Origin: Camelus dromedarius
Lineage: Eukaryota
Length of the DNA stretch: 64,000 bases
Direction of reading: 5' to 3'
NCBI RefSeq assembly: GCF_036321535.1
Contig: NC_087438.1
Coordinates: forward strand, 6,388,001 to 6,452,000
A program made the translations under genes and the position numbers. The stretch's first letter is position 1. Every line of letters begins with the position of its first letter. Shown piece after piece: positions 25,930 through 39,525 of the stretch. The notes beneath the pieces are model-generated. The model saw only the letters and a program-made list of their open reading frames with translations. It made no database searches and had not been told where the DNA came from.

Positions 25930-26800
25930 AGGGTATAGACCAGGAAAGCACTGAGAAAACACACAGTGGAGACAGCGGAGAGTCACACAAAGAAGCTCAG
26001 CCAAGCTTCCATCTGAGCGGGGCTGGAGGAAACGTGGAGGCTCTCCCGGGAAATGACAGGGAAAGATGCTTCCTGGAAACAGGCAACAGCACGTGGAAGG
26101 CCTGTGAGACATGAAAAGGCATCTCACGCTCTGGGACCTGCAAGGAGCATGGATGCATGGAGCCCGAGAGGAGAGGTGCGAATGAGCAGCCCTTGAAGCC
26201 AGAAAGAAAGAAAAGGACAGATCAGGAAGCTTCTTATATGACGTGGTTTGAAAACAGAAACTTTTACATGAAAGGGACTTAAATAGCAAAGTACTGTAAT
26301 GGTTTCCGAATACCAAGACATCAATCGCGGTACGAGGCAGGAGAAATGGAGGCACAGAGCATTACAAACCACTGCCCAAGGTCAGGGAGCCAGTGAAGGA
26401 ACTAAGATTCAAATATGATCAGATGAGCAGTTCAGAAAGATGACTGAGGAGAAAGGACTGCGCAAATGGGGAAACAGAAAACGATTCATGGAAGACCATT
26501 ACCTAGTTTAAGACCAAAGAGGGTGAAGCAAAGAGGCCACCGAAGAAGCCCGAATAAGGCAGAATCAGGTACAGAAATGAACAAGATGCACGGGTACAGA
26601 TACGGCACCATTCAGAGGGAGGAAACGCCAAAGGGTCCAGTGCTCAGGATGGAAAGTCTTGAGTTTGTTCTCTGAGGTCAGAGCGAGGTGCTCCATTCAA
26701 ATGGCAGTCGTGGTATGCAAAGTATTCTGTTGTTCAGAAAAGAAGCTGGGTTGGAGGTAAAGACAAAACATGGTTTATTTTGAGCCTTAAATTGTCTTTG
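25930..26800 (-). mobile_element. Degraded L2 fragments with an intervening MIR (~26330-26420)
   Basis: Purine-rich L2 antisense motifs; MIR core gagaaatggaggcacagag...tgcccaaggtca. Confidence 0.45.
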
Positions 26801-27099
26801 CTTGCTAACAAAGGGGATATAGTGACATGAGTGCGGCTCCGATGTTTTGATTTGGTTTTTGTTTTGTTCTTTTTTGGGAGGGAATGAAACAAGAAGTCGC
26901 CACAGCTCACACAGTCACACATCTGCATTCCACACGGCTGGCTAGCATGCAGAGTCCACGCCCAGGTGCTGGCCGTATACCGCATAACTAAGGGTAAACC
27001 AAGAGCCCTATGTGAAGTACTCTTGTTCAGAGTGAGAGATGGTTACCGGAACACAAAGACACATGGCTGGAGCACAGTGACATCAAGATCAAGAAAACT

Positions 27100-28380
27100 C
27101 AGTACAGTTTGTTCTCCCGAGTGTCTGTCATAGCATTTGATTATCTAAGCATTTTGTTACAGACTTCTCAGAAGCATCAGAGGGAGCTGACCTCTCCTTA
27201 TTTCTCGAACTGTCTTCTCCCCAATGTCTACAACTCATATTGTCCAGGTTTCCTTCTTCACTCACTAGCTGCTCCTCCTCAGTCTCTTTTATCAGTTCTT
27301 CCTCTGCTGTGTTTCCTCCAAATGGTGGCATCTGCTTGGGACTCTCATCTTGTCTCCCAACCTCTTCTTCTTGGGGGCTATGACCTGGTCCCATGATGGT
27401 AAAAACCATCAATACACTCTCCCTGAATTTCCGTCCATTGCCAGGAAATATCTATTCTTCTCTCTTGGATATATCCCTTGGGATACCCGAAGGGGGTCTC
27501 CCAGCTTAATGTATCCAAATCACCAGGCATGATTTCCTTCAGTGTGTCCCAACTTGCTTCTCCCCATCCTCCCATATCACCACCCACTCAGCTGCTCAGG
27601 TAAAAGATATCTCAGCCCTTCTTGATTCTGCTTGTTTCCACATGGCCAACTTCCAAGCCACCAGCAAATCCTGTTGACTGTACCAAACAGAAAAAGGTCC
27701 CAGTCCATCCATTTCTCTACCAGTATCTCTTGTCTAGTCTACTACAATTTCCTAATGGGTGTTCCTCCGCCAACCTTGCCCCATTATAACCCTTTCTCTA
27801 CACCTCAACATAAAGTATATTTTCAACATGAAAAGTAGCTCATCTTCGATACCTCTCAGTGGCCTGCCATTGTACTTAAAATAAAATCCAGAGTCCTCAG
27901 CCTTGCTCACAAAACCTCTTGAGATTTTACCACCATTACTCTGACCACGTGGTGTTACCTGCCCCTTGATCACGCGGAACTAGTAACTCTGCTCTTCCTC
28001 ACAGTTCTTTGGCCACCAAGGTCATTCCCTCTGCTGGTCCTTTGGATTTGCTGGTCTTCCTTTCCAGAAATCTCTTTCCATCACCTCTTCCTGACTCCTC
28101 CTCATTCAGACATTAGCGCAAACATCACTTTCTAGGGGTGGGCTTTTCCCGACCACCTTATCTACAGGAGCCCTACAGACACTTCCGATGGTGTTACTGC
28201 ATTCGCTTTTCTAAGACTTCCCTTAACTGTTAATTGAATAAGTGTTTGTCTCCAACTATCATCGAACTTCTAAAAGAAGAAAGTCCTTTTCTTCAGCTCA
28301 CCACTTTACTCCCTGCACCTAGAAGTCTGACAGCCGCAGAGGACATCCTGATAAGTAAGTGTCGAAAGAAAGAATGAATC
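27100..28380 (+). mobile_element. L2 3' portion including degraded RT-coding region (~1.3 kb)
   Basis: gacttctcagaagcatc...ttgtccaggtttccttctt...tcctcagtctc resembles L2 RT (DLSAAF...SWFSS...SVS); ends gcacctagaa...gaaagaatgaat. Confidence 0.75.
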
Positions 28381-28469
28381 CAGGAGTTCAGAAAGGCACA
28401 AGGACTTTGCCTTTAGAAACTTTCTGAACAGACAGTAACAATTTTAAGGCAAAAACCTGATCAGAGTTG

Positions 28470-28650
28470 TTACCAAGTGAACCTAGTTTTAAGACCACAG
28501 GTTTCAGATGAGTGTCTGGCGAATCATTTTGCATTGTACAGATGTGCAAGATGAACCCATCTTGCACATCTGTACAATGGGGATAAGAATCCTTGTTTTT
28601 CTTGTGTCATCAGATTGTTGTAAGATATAAAGAGATGGGTGCGGAAGCTT
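28470..28650 (+). mobile_element. MIR SINE carrying an internal perfect inverted repeat
   Basis: MIR core-like catctgtacaatggggataa...gattgttgtaagat; see the hairpin finding. Confidence 0.6.
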
Positions 28651-29498
28651 TCTAGCAGCTCTAGGGCAAAGTCAGTCAGTAGCTGGGCTGGGATCTTCTG
28701 TTGTCATCGGCACTGGAAAGCTTATGCTCGTCATGATGGATTTACTGGTCCACTAAGAGGGTGTGGGAGTTACCACCTGGCCCTGAAGAGTTCTGCATCT
28801 GGCAACAATCCAGAGAATATCTCCTTTGCAAGACAGAAAACACAGGGATCAGTTCTCAGCTGTTGTCTCTATTACCTACTCAGCAGCCCGTGTTAAGACA
28901 TGCAGGTTGCTCCACAGGTGAAACGCAGCTCGTGTTTTGCTTTCAATAGGACACATGGCACATGTACTGACACTGGGAAACGGCCACACAACTCTTATAA
29001 GGGGCAGAAGTAAAGCTCAGCACATCTGGCAAGCAAACAAAAATAAAACCAGGTATCTATATATCTCTTCTCATACCAAATTAAGTTTCACTGAAAGCAA
29101 ATCAAATGAAATAAAAGCTTCTGGGTCGTACCTGAAACTGTTCATCAAAACAAACAGCTCCAACAGAAAGTGTGTGGTTTACTTTAGGGACCCAGACTCT
29201 GTATGGCTCTAAAAAATGGATTATAATTTGTCTTTGCAACAGATGAGGTCGGTGAATAATGTTTAGAATTAAAGAAGCCCCTTACCCTCTTCCTTCTCCC
29301 AGTTTAGCCATAAGGCATCCTTAGGGATTCTGAGCCCAAGCACTAGAACCTTCAGCAATGCTTCGGCTTCCGGATGTTGGACAATAGCAGCCTCGAGGGG
29401 CATGAATGGGATGGGGCAGCCTGGTGCAAGAGTGGCCCCCAGGAGACAGAGGCAAGTCAAGAAAAGGACAGCGTGGGTCAGGGTGATATCATTGCACT

Positions 29499-30030
29499 TG
29501 CTGAATGAAAGATGTTGCCTGCTACATCAGTAAACAAAGGATACTGCAGCCGTCAAACCACTACAGCCACCCTCAATGATGAGCCTTGAGGGAACTCAGG
29601 ATGGAGACAGGGGCTGCCCACTGCCCAGCCCTCAGACACTGCAGCCACCCCACCGAACACTGCACCCTGTTGCACTCAGGGGGCTCAGGATGTGGAAGCA
29701 CAGGACACGGGCCCTCGACAGCCAGGTGCACATCAAAGGAGTGACTTCAATGAGCCCAGACTTTTGCACCTTCCCATACACAGAAAAGTGCTACATTCCT
29801 TAACTTGAGATGTCTGGTTTTCCTTAATTAACAGTAATCTTTTGCTGTTCTGACTAGCTGGTCTTTGTTGTAAAAGCTCCTATGTAGCCTGGCTCTTCCC
29901 CTACCTCTTCAGAGCAGCCCCTCAGAGCGATCTGAGAGGCTGTCTCCCTCCCAGGCTTGAAATCCTCAGAAAATTTGCCAAATAAAACATAATTCTGAAC
30001 TTTTAGGTTGTGCATTTTTTTCAGTCGACA
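29499..30030 (+). mobile_element. ERV1-class solo LTR
   Basis: tgctgaatgaaagatgttgcc...aataaaacataattc...ttcagtcgaca; 4-bp TSD cact/cacc (1 mismatch). Confidence 0.85.
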
Positions 30031-30466
30031 CACCCTATGACCAGCTGCTGGCACCTAGGGCAAACAGTCAGAGGTTTGCTCCTGCTGAAGACTCATTTAA
30101 AATGAATACTGAGAACTGGCTGAGAAGGAACACTGAGGAGAAAGACTGTCAAATGTCACGCTGCTAAAATAAAATAGAAGTATTCATGCTGATTTGGAAA
30201 GAATCTCTAGAGAAGTTACAAGTCTTACCCTTTCCCCTTCAGATAAGTTCCCAAATGCTATTTGGAGGTATAACTCTATGTACTCATTTTAGTTATTAAA
30301 TTAGAAGGCTTGGTGAACCAAAATTTTACTGTGCGATAAAAACCCTTTAGAGTTAAAAATGTATTGATCAAACTTGCTCAGTCTCGGCGGTGGTGTTACA
30401 TCACCTAATGAGCTCCAACCCCCCTTGGGTCTCCCTCGGGGTGGGATGAGCTGGGCTGAATTCTCC

Positions 30467-31062
30467 TGAAACCAAGCAGGACCCTGTGAGGCCCTCTAAG
30501 CTGCAAATCCTTTCCACATTCCCTGCTTCTTATTTGTAGGAAATAGGTTTCATTCAGACTCCTGGACCTTCTCTTGAGTTCCAAAGAGCAGCTTCAAACA
30601 GTTGCTAACCAGGGAAGGGAAGGAATGCAGAAACAGAGGAGGAGCAGTCAAGAAACAAAAGTGCAGCCTTAGGGCAGGGTCCTGGTTCCTCCTCAAGGAA
30701 TATACATAACAATACCTTTGAGTTCTTCTGCAGGAACTAAGGCCCCCACCCAGGTGGAGGATGGCAACTTCAGGCAGAACACAAGAGTCCTAGAAGACTG
30801 CCCCATTACCTCTCACCAACAATCAGAAGAAAGTCTGCACATGGTAGAAGATAATGAAGACTTTGACCCCCTCCCCAAATGATTCTCCCTTTGAAAACGT
30901 CCATGGTTGAGCAGAATCTTCAGAGTTGGTTTTTAGACACGAGCCTGCCTTCTCCCCAGGCTGCTGGCCTCCTGAGTAAAGCAACTTTTCCTTTCCAATC
31001 AACATTTGACTCCTGAGTATTGGCTTTTGAGCAGCTAGCAGCTGAACCTGAGTTGGGTAACA
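30467..31062 (+). mobile_element. ERV1-class solo LTR
   Basis: tgaaaccaagcaggaccc...agtaaagcaacttttcc...attggc...gggtaaca; TSD ctcc/ctgc (1 mismatch). Confidence 0.85.
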
Positions 31063-31299
31063 CTGCCAATGAGAGTTAATGGAATCTTTTCATTTCTCTC
31101 TCCCTCATTGTTCCTTATTGGTTAATGGGTATAGGAAGCAGGAAGACCCTCAAAAGGTCACAGTGAGTACTGAAACTGAGCACTCCTGAAGGGAGTTCTC
31201 CTGCTGAGGTTATTATTAACCTCTCGATCCAAAACTATATCACATTGTCCCACTCCTGTTCCCCTCAGGATTGAGGAATATCAAAAAAAACAGGGGGAA

Positions 31300-31927
31300 T
31301 TAAAATGAGCAGAATTCCTAGGGGCCTTCCTGGGCACAAAAGCCCCTCCATGTTCTTAGTTTCTGTTTTAGTCTCCTAGGCCTTCCCTGACTTCCAAAGA
31401 GCAGACTCAAGCAGTTACTAATTAGGGAAGTGAGGGAACGCTGGAAAAAAGGAAAAGCTGTCAAACAAGTAAAGTAATAATAGCTTAAACAACAGTTCAG
31501 TGATTATACAGCATCCTAGCTCCTCCTCAAGGGACACACATAATAATCTGACACATATCTTTGAGCTTTTTTGCAGAAACTAAGACCCTCCCAGCCAGGT
31601 GGAGGATGGTAACCACATGCTGGACACAAAGAAGTAGATCTCTTGTTGGAAACAGAAGGTTGATGATTAAGATTCCAGAAACATCACTTTGTTACCTCAC
31701 CACCAATCAGAAGAAAGTCCATGAGCTGCAGCCCTCATCCCCAAGTTGCCTTTAAAAACTCTTCCCTAGAAGCCATCAAGGAGTTTGGGTCTTTTGAGTT
31801 TGAGCTGCCTGTTCTCCTTGCTTGGTGCCTTGCAAAAAGGCTGTACTTTTCCTTCACCACAACCCCAGTGTCAGTAGATTGGCTTCACTATGCATTGGGC
31901 TAACAGACCCAAGTTGGGTCAGTACTA
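31300..31927 (+). mobile_element. ERV1-class solo LTR related to the one at 30467-31062
   Basis: Shares ttccaaagagcag, cctcctcaagg, gaactaag, ccaggtggaggatgg and ccaatcagaagaaagtc blocks with that LTR; decayed termini; TSD ggaa/agaa. Confidence 0.8.
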
Positions 31928-32383
31928 AGAAGAACTTTTAAATGGCATTTAATACAGAATATTAATTAAATTAAATGAATTCAATTATTTAAAAAATTCT
32001 TCTATTTCCCATTCTAATCCTCAGGTATCTGTCTTTAAACTGGAAATACAGCTACAATGGAAGGGATAAATGCAAACAGCTATTGGACAACAGTTTTCTT
32101 TTTATATTCTTAAAATGTTCACAGTAACACATCTTTCTATGTGTGTTGAGAAGAAATTGTTCTTTGCTTTGGGGGAAATTTGAAAATAAAATTTCAAATA
32201 AATGCTTAAAGAATTCCAAATGATTTGGAAAGCAAAATTCATGCAATCAGTTAGGGGGAAAAATACAGATGTCTGCCAAAAAAAAATCTGTTCAAAATAT
32301 TCAGTTGCATATTGCAATATTTGGAGAAAGCTGGAATAAACAGTCCTGTGCACCAAGGAATTTATGAAAGTTTGTTATCAATG

Positions 32384-33260
32384 TGTGATACAATGAGAAA
32401 TGTATATTTGTTCTATGTCCTGTCCCCCTCACCCTCTGTTCCTGACGCACAGCTTCTAAAACCCTTGGAATTTCCTGAGTAATATGAATATCTTTTGTTA
32501 TTCATCACAAGCTACTTTCAACACACCTGAGTTATGCTAATGAGCTGACTCTCAATGAGCCCAAAAATGGCTTCAGGATGGGGGCTGGTTGTCAGGGGAA
32601 GCAGCCACGTGAATATAGGGTCAGAACTCACAGTCCCACCTCCAGGAAGGGGAGAGGGGCTGGAGATTGGGTTCAATCATCAATGCCCAAAGATTTGTTT
32701 GTCCACACTACTGTAATGAAACCTCCCAAAATATCTAAATGACAGGGTTCAGAAAGCTTCTGGGTTGAGGTTGGTGAACACACTGAGGTGCTGGAGAGAC
32801 CTTGGATACTCTGCCATGGACACCTCCACCTCACTACCCTGCCCTATGCATCTCTTCCATTTGGCTGTCCCTGAGTTGCATCCTTTATAATAAACTGGTA
32901 CATGAGTAAAAGCAAAGTGATTCCCTGAGTTTTGTGAGCTGTTCTAGCAACGTATTGAATCTGAGGAGGGGGAGGCTGGAAGCCCCGATTTAGAGCCGGT
33001 TGATCAGGATATGCATGACCACCTGGACTGTGACTGGCATCTGAAGCAGACACCAGTCCGGTGGGACTGAGTTCTTAACCTGTGGGGTCTGGTGAACCCT
33101 AGGAAGTTGGTGTCAGAATTGAATTGAATTGCAGGACACTCAGCTGGAGAACTGTTGGTGTGGGCAAAACACTCCTCATTTGATGTCAGAAGAGTTGTGA
33201 GTAGATACAGATGCGACAATGAAAGGAATAAAACTGTTCCCTGCTTTTTTGTTCCCCCAG
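32384..33260 (+). mobile_element. MER21-like LTR
   Basis: tgtgata...tatatttg...cttctaaaacccttggaatttcctgagt...tttataataaactggta...gtgtcagaattgaattgaattg matches the recalled MER21 consensus. Confidence 0.8.
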
Positions 33261-34819
33261 GTTCACTGAAGTCACTGGAACACGTATATCTTGCCATTCA
33301 GCCTTTATCTGTGACTTGATTTTAGCTTCTTGCAAAAAACATAAGAGAACATGGTCTTAAATGCTTATGATTTGTCCTAGTTTCTCATCATGTGATGACA
33401 CAGTAAAAATCAAGTTATTCTCATTGATTACAAGTGGGTTTTTAACCAGATGAGCTTCTCTAAAGGATGTCTCTCTCAGCCTCGCTTTTCCCTCTTTTAT
33501 TTGGGTGCTTTTTAATGTGTAGAAACATTGCAGAGACAGCCTCAAGTGCCACGATGAGTTCTCTTTTCTCAAACACACACTCACCTCCTCTCTCCCCTGC
33601 AGAGATTGATAAGAGGTAAATTTAGCATGCACATCTACTTTTGTTGTTCTCTTGAAACTAATTTTAGGAATGGAAACTCTCAAATGGTGGCTATGTGCCT
33701 AGTTTCTTTTTAGGAAAAATGAGCCAGTAATGAAAGATGAAAACAAACTCAAATTTAAGTCTGTATGGGGGAATTATGTTGTAAGATTGGAGGAGAATAA
33801 AACATATCATCAAAACAGGTCACTTAAGTTTTAGTTTAGGTCTATTATTTCCCATGTAAGAGCATTTCACATTTGCCCATTACATTTCTATAAGTCAAGA
33901 GTTAAAGGACTGTAGAATGAGAATAAAGTCGATAGAAAGAAAAAGGGGCAATGAAGGAGGGAGAGGGGATGGGAACAGGAGGCCAGGATAGAGAGGGGAC
34001 AGGGTAAATTAGAAATAAAGATGGTGACAATGAGGAAGAGGAAGTCGTAAAGCATTAAACCACCTGGTCTCCAAGTGAACATATTTTGTTTCAATAATGT
34101 TCAAAGCAAATCCCAGAATAACGTACCAGAAAAAGCACTTGAAATTAGAATATGGCCGTACATCTAGGGAACCACCTGATAAGGAAATCGATTCACAACT
34201 AATGTCAAATGAATGATGTGAGTAGAATATAACCCATGGTTCTCAACTGTGAGATTCCAGGTGGGTCAGAAGTGGGACCTCCTCCCATTTGCAACCTCCC
34301 TCCGACCTCACCTGTAGGTACCATTCAGTGTTTCCTAGGCAGACCCTGGAGACTAAGATGGGAACACAACAAAGGAAGTCCATCTCTATTTTGCAATTTT
34401 GTGTACCCTGTCTGAGGACAGAGAAAGCTACCTTCCTCTCAATACTGACAATAGCTCTTTAACAAAGGACCTGCATTGCTATCTAATGTGTGATGTCCTG
34501 GAAATTTGCAGCCTCGAGGGTGGAGGGAAGTGAATTGAGGGAAGGTGCCATGTGGCCAAGAATCAACCTTAGTCTTCACCTACTAAGCAATTTATCCTTA
34601 ATTGGGACCCCAAAAGGATGAATAAGATTGTCTTTGATCTAATATTCCTTCTAATCTGGCTCTTGGGATTCTCACTGCAATGTACACACACTCTTAATAT
34701 GTAGGGACAGAGAAGTAGAAGAGTGTTAATATATGAGCTGAGTGAAACAATGATCCATTGGGATTGCAAAGAAGTGCATTTTCTCTCTCTCTTTTTTTTT
34801 TCCTCTTCAATCATAGTAG

Positions 34820-35304
34820 TGTAAGGCTTAAAATGAAGGGGCCTCCATATCTGGGGAAAACTGGGAGGGTCTCGATGGCCTCACCGCAAGTCCTCTTCCC
34901 TACTCTGCTCCCATGAGTAAGGTCCCTTAACCAGCGGTCCTCCCCATCATGGGAGCAGGCCCTGCTCCTGCTCATCCCTGGGCAGCGGCTTCAGTTCTCT
35001 GCCAGCCCAGCCCACACAGTTATTCAAACAAGCCCATCACATCCTCCTGCGGGAACCAGGGGGCACCCACCCTTCTGTACTACAAAGCCAGCCTCCCACG
35101 GCCCTGGTTGTCCATGCTGTCCCCACTGCGGCCCTGTGTGGAGTGCAGTTTCCCCCTACCCCCGCTGTGAGTGTACGTGACTAAGAAGCTGCTGTCATCT
35201 CATCTGTCCGGTGCCAGGTGTCCTGGGTTCAGCCACCCCCGCAGCCTCGATGGCAGAGGGTCTCCTCCCACACCACTGGGGTGAAAAGAAAGCAATTAAA
35301 AGCA
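34820..35304 (+). mobile_element. ERVL-class LTR (MER54/MER73/MER74-like)
   Basis: TG start; gtgagtgtacgtgactaa...ctgctgtc...tcatctgtcc; end ggggtgaaaagaaagcaattaaaagca; TSD not recognisable. Confidence 0.65.
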
Positions 35305-36589
35305 ACGTCACCTCCCAAGCTAGGCTGAACCAAGTTCAAGTTCGCTGCCCCCTCAGCTTCCTTCCAGCCTTCACAGGACTGGTTGCCACCCACACGGAAT
35401 GTCTGGGCTCCAGACACGGGAGCAGCAAGCACTAGCCTGCTCCCCAGCACGCGTCTGTGGGAATGGCAAGCACTCCGCTGGCCCGCCGTGTTTTCACGTC
35501 CAAGGTCTGGCATTTGAAAAATGCGGGAAGGAGAAGGGCAGTGCTTTGCGGAGGAAGACCAAAGAATTGCTAAGATTGAACATTCCTTGCCCCACAGCAC
35601 CCCTCCTTCCAAGCCTCTCCCACATTTGCTCCCACCACCAGAAAAAAGTCCACTTATCTCACATTTCCCAACCTGCTGGGGAACAAAGGATGTCAGTGCT
35701 CAGTCCCACACTGTGTGACCTCCACATTTTCTGGCTCTCCATCTGCCCTGAGGGCATTTTAGGAGAACGTGGAGCTTTTAAGTGTCTGAGGTCTCCAAGG
35801 AGAGAACATACCTGTCCACAGTTCTGTGTTTTGTTTTGATGTTTCAGATAACACAGAATGTCAGAGTTCACCAGAGCACATTCCACAGCAGGAGAGGGTT
35901 TCTGTACTTTCTAGGCATCTTATAAATAGAATCTATTGTAAATACTACTAATAAAGAGGATGAACGGAAACATATGATTTGGGGGATACCCTATTATTTG
36001 TGACAATCTGTAAAGAGCTATGTCTCCATAAAAGACTCTTACACATTTGCAAAGTCTCTATCAATATAACGATGCAATGCTTGGTTGAATAAGCCATTAT
36101 TATGTAAAGTAATTTTAGGCTAGAGTGGAAACTTTTATCAAGTCCCTTAAGACAGCCCTAGAAAATAATATTTTACCTTTAAAGCAACCACTTCCCACCC
36201 CCATGAGAAAGAAGGAGGGAAGATTATAGCAATGAAATTATTGGACTACTCCCTTTCGATGGGAGGAAGCAAGCATGGCTAAACTCAAAATACTCCTTCT
36301 TCTCCCAGAGTCATGAAGAGAATTCGATCCATGCCAGGATGCCCGCCACACTCTAGCCTCCCTCTGAGCAGACCCTGTGTAACTCACCACTGGACCCCCA
36401 GCTCCGACCGCTGAACAAATGAATACAAATCAGACTCTATCACAGCAATATTAACGGGGAGCGTTTGGGAGGATTTGGACATCTGAGCACTAAGTTCAAA
36501 AACTAATTATCAAGCAATTAACAGGACAGAATAAAGGAGAGAGACTTAAATTATGGCCCCTTGCTGAATTTTCAGAAACTACTTTAAAA

Positions 36590-36730
36590 ATCCCATTTTA
36601 TAAATTAGGAGGCTGAGGTTCAGAGGGCAGATATCTCACTGAGCCTTCTTGCCCAGGTGGAAAGCGGCTTCTTTCTTCAAGGTGGATTGCTAGGTTTCTG
36701 GCTCAAAACTCTAGGCTCTTTCTATCACCC
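36590..36730 (-). mobile_element. MIR SINE
   Basis: cccattttata...ggaggctgaggttcagaggg...ttgcccagg...ggctctttc. Confidence 0.6.
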
Positions 36731-36799
36731 TAAGTGTCTGCACTACAAATAGTGGGATGAGGATCCTACCTGACTTTCATATTCAGAAAAGATCAGATT

Positions 36800-38100
36800 C
36801 TTCTTTCATAAAACTATAGAGAGGTTGAGCTGAGAATCCAACCATTCTTCATAGGCTCCTGGGTTTGGAGAGTGCCATGTGACATCAAATCTCACCTAAA
36901 TCCTCTCTGCCTGCCCCTCTATGTCACGTTGCCAAGCTGTTGTTCTGTCCACTTGATAAATCCCTTTGGTGGAAAACATCAATTTCTTGCGACAGTCCAT
37001 GGAATCATCGGCCCACTTGGCTGTAGGAAGTTCTTTCCTAAACTGAACTGACATCTACACCCCACAGCTTTTTACTCATTAGTTCTGGCTCTACGCCTCA
37101 GAGACACGAAGATACGTTCTTGACCTTCTTTCACATTATTGTTCCTTGTTTATGGACCCTTAAATCATCCTCCTGGGTCTTCTAGACCAGTGTACCTGGC
37201 CAGAGTTCCTCTTCTCATTTCTCAGATAATATGGTATCTGATTCCTCTTGTTATTCCAGTCCCGTTTTCCTCTCTCTTCTTTCTAACTGGCTGTAACTCA
37301 GAAGTACAGAATTCAACTAAAACGTTGGAATATGATACGATGTGTCTGGGATTTGCTTCAGTGGCTGGGGTGGGTGTGAAGGAAGTGGATAATGAACTAG
37401 ATGAAATGAGATTTGCAAAATATGTTGAAAATTTTTTAAACTGACTGACCTCTGAGTACACAGAGTTTCATAATATGATTCTCTTTACTTTTGTCTAAGT
37501 TTAAAAGTTCTTTAAACAGTATAGCCTCCAAAAATATGCATGATACTTAGACATGATCAGATTTGTTAGAAAAATGCTAAAGCATCACAGTCTGTATCAT
37601 AATATTGTACACTGATTAATGAAAAATATGATTGCTTTTTTTAGAGCCATGTAAATTTTGTTGATTTGTGTTTTCTGAAAACCCTATGCTATTTCCCATT
37701 CTTGATTCACGCAGTTGGTTCTTTTTTCTCACACTGGTGGTGGGTTTAGCTTCCATTGTAGACTTTATTACTTGCCTTTGAAAATATTATTTTGGTAGAT
37801 TTCATCTGTTAAGCACCCCTGGACCCTAAAACTGTCAATCAACTTATTTATATGAGACCTTACACACATATTTTTAGCACACCCTTTAAACCCTAGTCTA
37901 AATCATTGATAAAAATACTGAGACAGGTGAGGTTAGAACCTAGAGAAAGAACTTGCAAAACATTTTCCGTGCTTGGAGGATGCACACGGTAAGCAATTCA
38001 GCCTGGAAGGATGATTGAACAAACTGTGGTAAGACCACCCATTCACTGAGGAAAACAGAAAACTGGGTCATGGAACTCTCAGGGAAGGGAATGTAAAGCT
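36800..38100 (-). mobile_element. L3/CR1 LINE fossil interrupted by an old L1 3' end (~37330-37510, +)
   Basis: taggaagttctttcctaaactgaactg...ttagttctggctct is CR1-like. The insert gatgtgtctgggatttgcttca...gatgaaatgagat...attctctttacttttgt resembles an L1MC/ME 3' end. Confidence 0.5.
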
Positions 38101-39525
38101 TATTTCTTACCCTCTTTTTTTGCAATAACGTCCAGAATTTGCAGGTAATGTGATGACACTGATCTGGAATTTAAAAAATCATAATGATGGAACTGAAAAT
38201 TCTGCCTTGATAAGTAGTATTGTCCCTGGGCTGTGAGAGCTGATGTAAAGGTAGGACATATTGAAGTGAGGGGATGAGATAATTGGATGTTAATAAAGAA
38301 TTTACTTTGCACCCGCTGAGGTGAATTTTCATTTACATCACACTTTATAAATAATCACCTTCAACACTTCAACAGATTGCTGCAATTCATCATGAATTTT
38401 TAAAATGCTACCTTGCATATTATAGGTAATTCATCAGCGCCAACTGATTGGTAATTGCTTAATAATTCGGGGATAAATTATATTTACTTCTGATTTAAAC
38501 ATACTAATTTATTTTTGAAGTAGGTATATTTCAGTGAATTTTAGAAATAACGACAATTTCATGATAAATAAGCTACTAAGTGTACAGCGTTTGCATCATA
38601 CAATTATCTTCTGAGAGGCTAAGCAAAAACACATTTTTTCCCCTCCAGATTGTAAGAGCAGATCTTTAGACTAAAGGAACTACTGAAGATGCATCTCTTG
38701 GAATCATCACAGCTAAAGCCATATGGGGAGGGAACTGCATTGAGAGAAAAACTATTGGGTGAAATACTGAGAGCCTCATGCTGCTAATTTGTTGTCTCAC
38801 GGAATCACCCCAAATCCTCACCTGCAACAAACTGCCTAGAAAAGAATCCTTACCCCCAGTTAGAGACACCTTGGTGGCAGCTGGAAGAGAAAAGATAGGC
38901 AGGTAGATAAGATATAAGGGGAAGCTTAATACCATCTCTGGTAGGCACAGAGGCAACAGAAGTGAACATTAATGCTAATAACAACCTACTGTGTTGGAGG
39001 TGTGACTTACCTAACTCAGAACAAGACACCAGAGAAGGCTGTGGAATTCACAGAGGAATACATGGACAGTATTTGCGTTCTGTTTTTATTAGCTATGCAA
39101 CCTTGAGCAAACTGTCTAACCTAAGGTAGTTTGCTCATCTGGAAATATGAAAAAAAATGCCCCAATTACCAGAAAAAAAGCAAACAGTGCTACAGACTTC
39201 AAAGGAGGTAATATCCCTGAAAATACTCTTGTACTTCCATTAAAATAGAAGCATTTTACTTATAATTATTCATGTAACAGTAGAAAAAAAGCATAAAATA
39301 TAGCATGCAAGATTTCGAATGATAAAGGATGATATTAATGTTTCTAAAAATGTTAGGATTTCTCAATATACACCCTCTACTTGTTCTATTTATGTGGTAT
39401 TAAAATATAATAAATCTACATAGTCATAAAATAAGAGATTGTTCTACGCATCTTTTCTGACTCAGGGATCCAGTGCTATTGAATTAAATTCCACAGGACA
39501 GTGAACTCCAGTCCCCTTTTAATAA

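Noticed and set aside
25801..26355. 184-aa ORF
   Set aside because: Overlaps degraded L2/MIR sequence; no recognisable protein similarity.
30467..31927. Two related LTRs that might be the 5' and 3' LTRs of one deleted provirus
   Set aside because: They are clearly diverged, each has its own 4-bp TSD, and no PBS or internal sequence is evident between them; independent solo LTRs.
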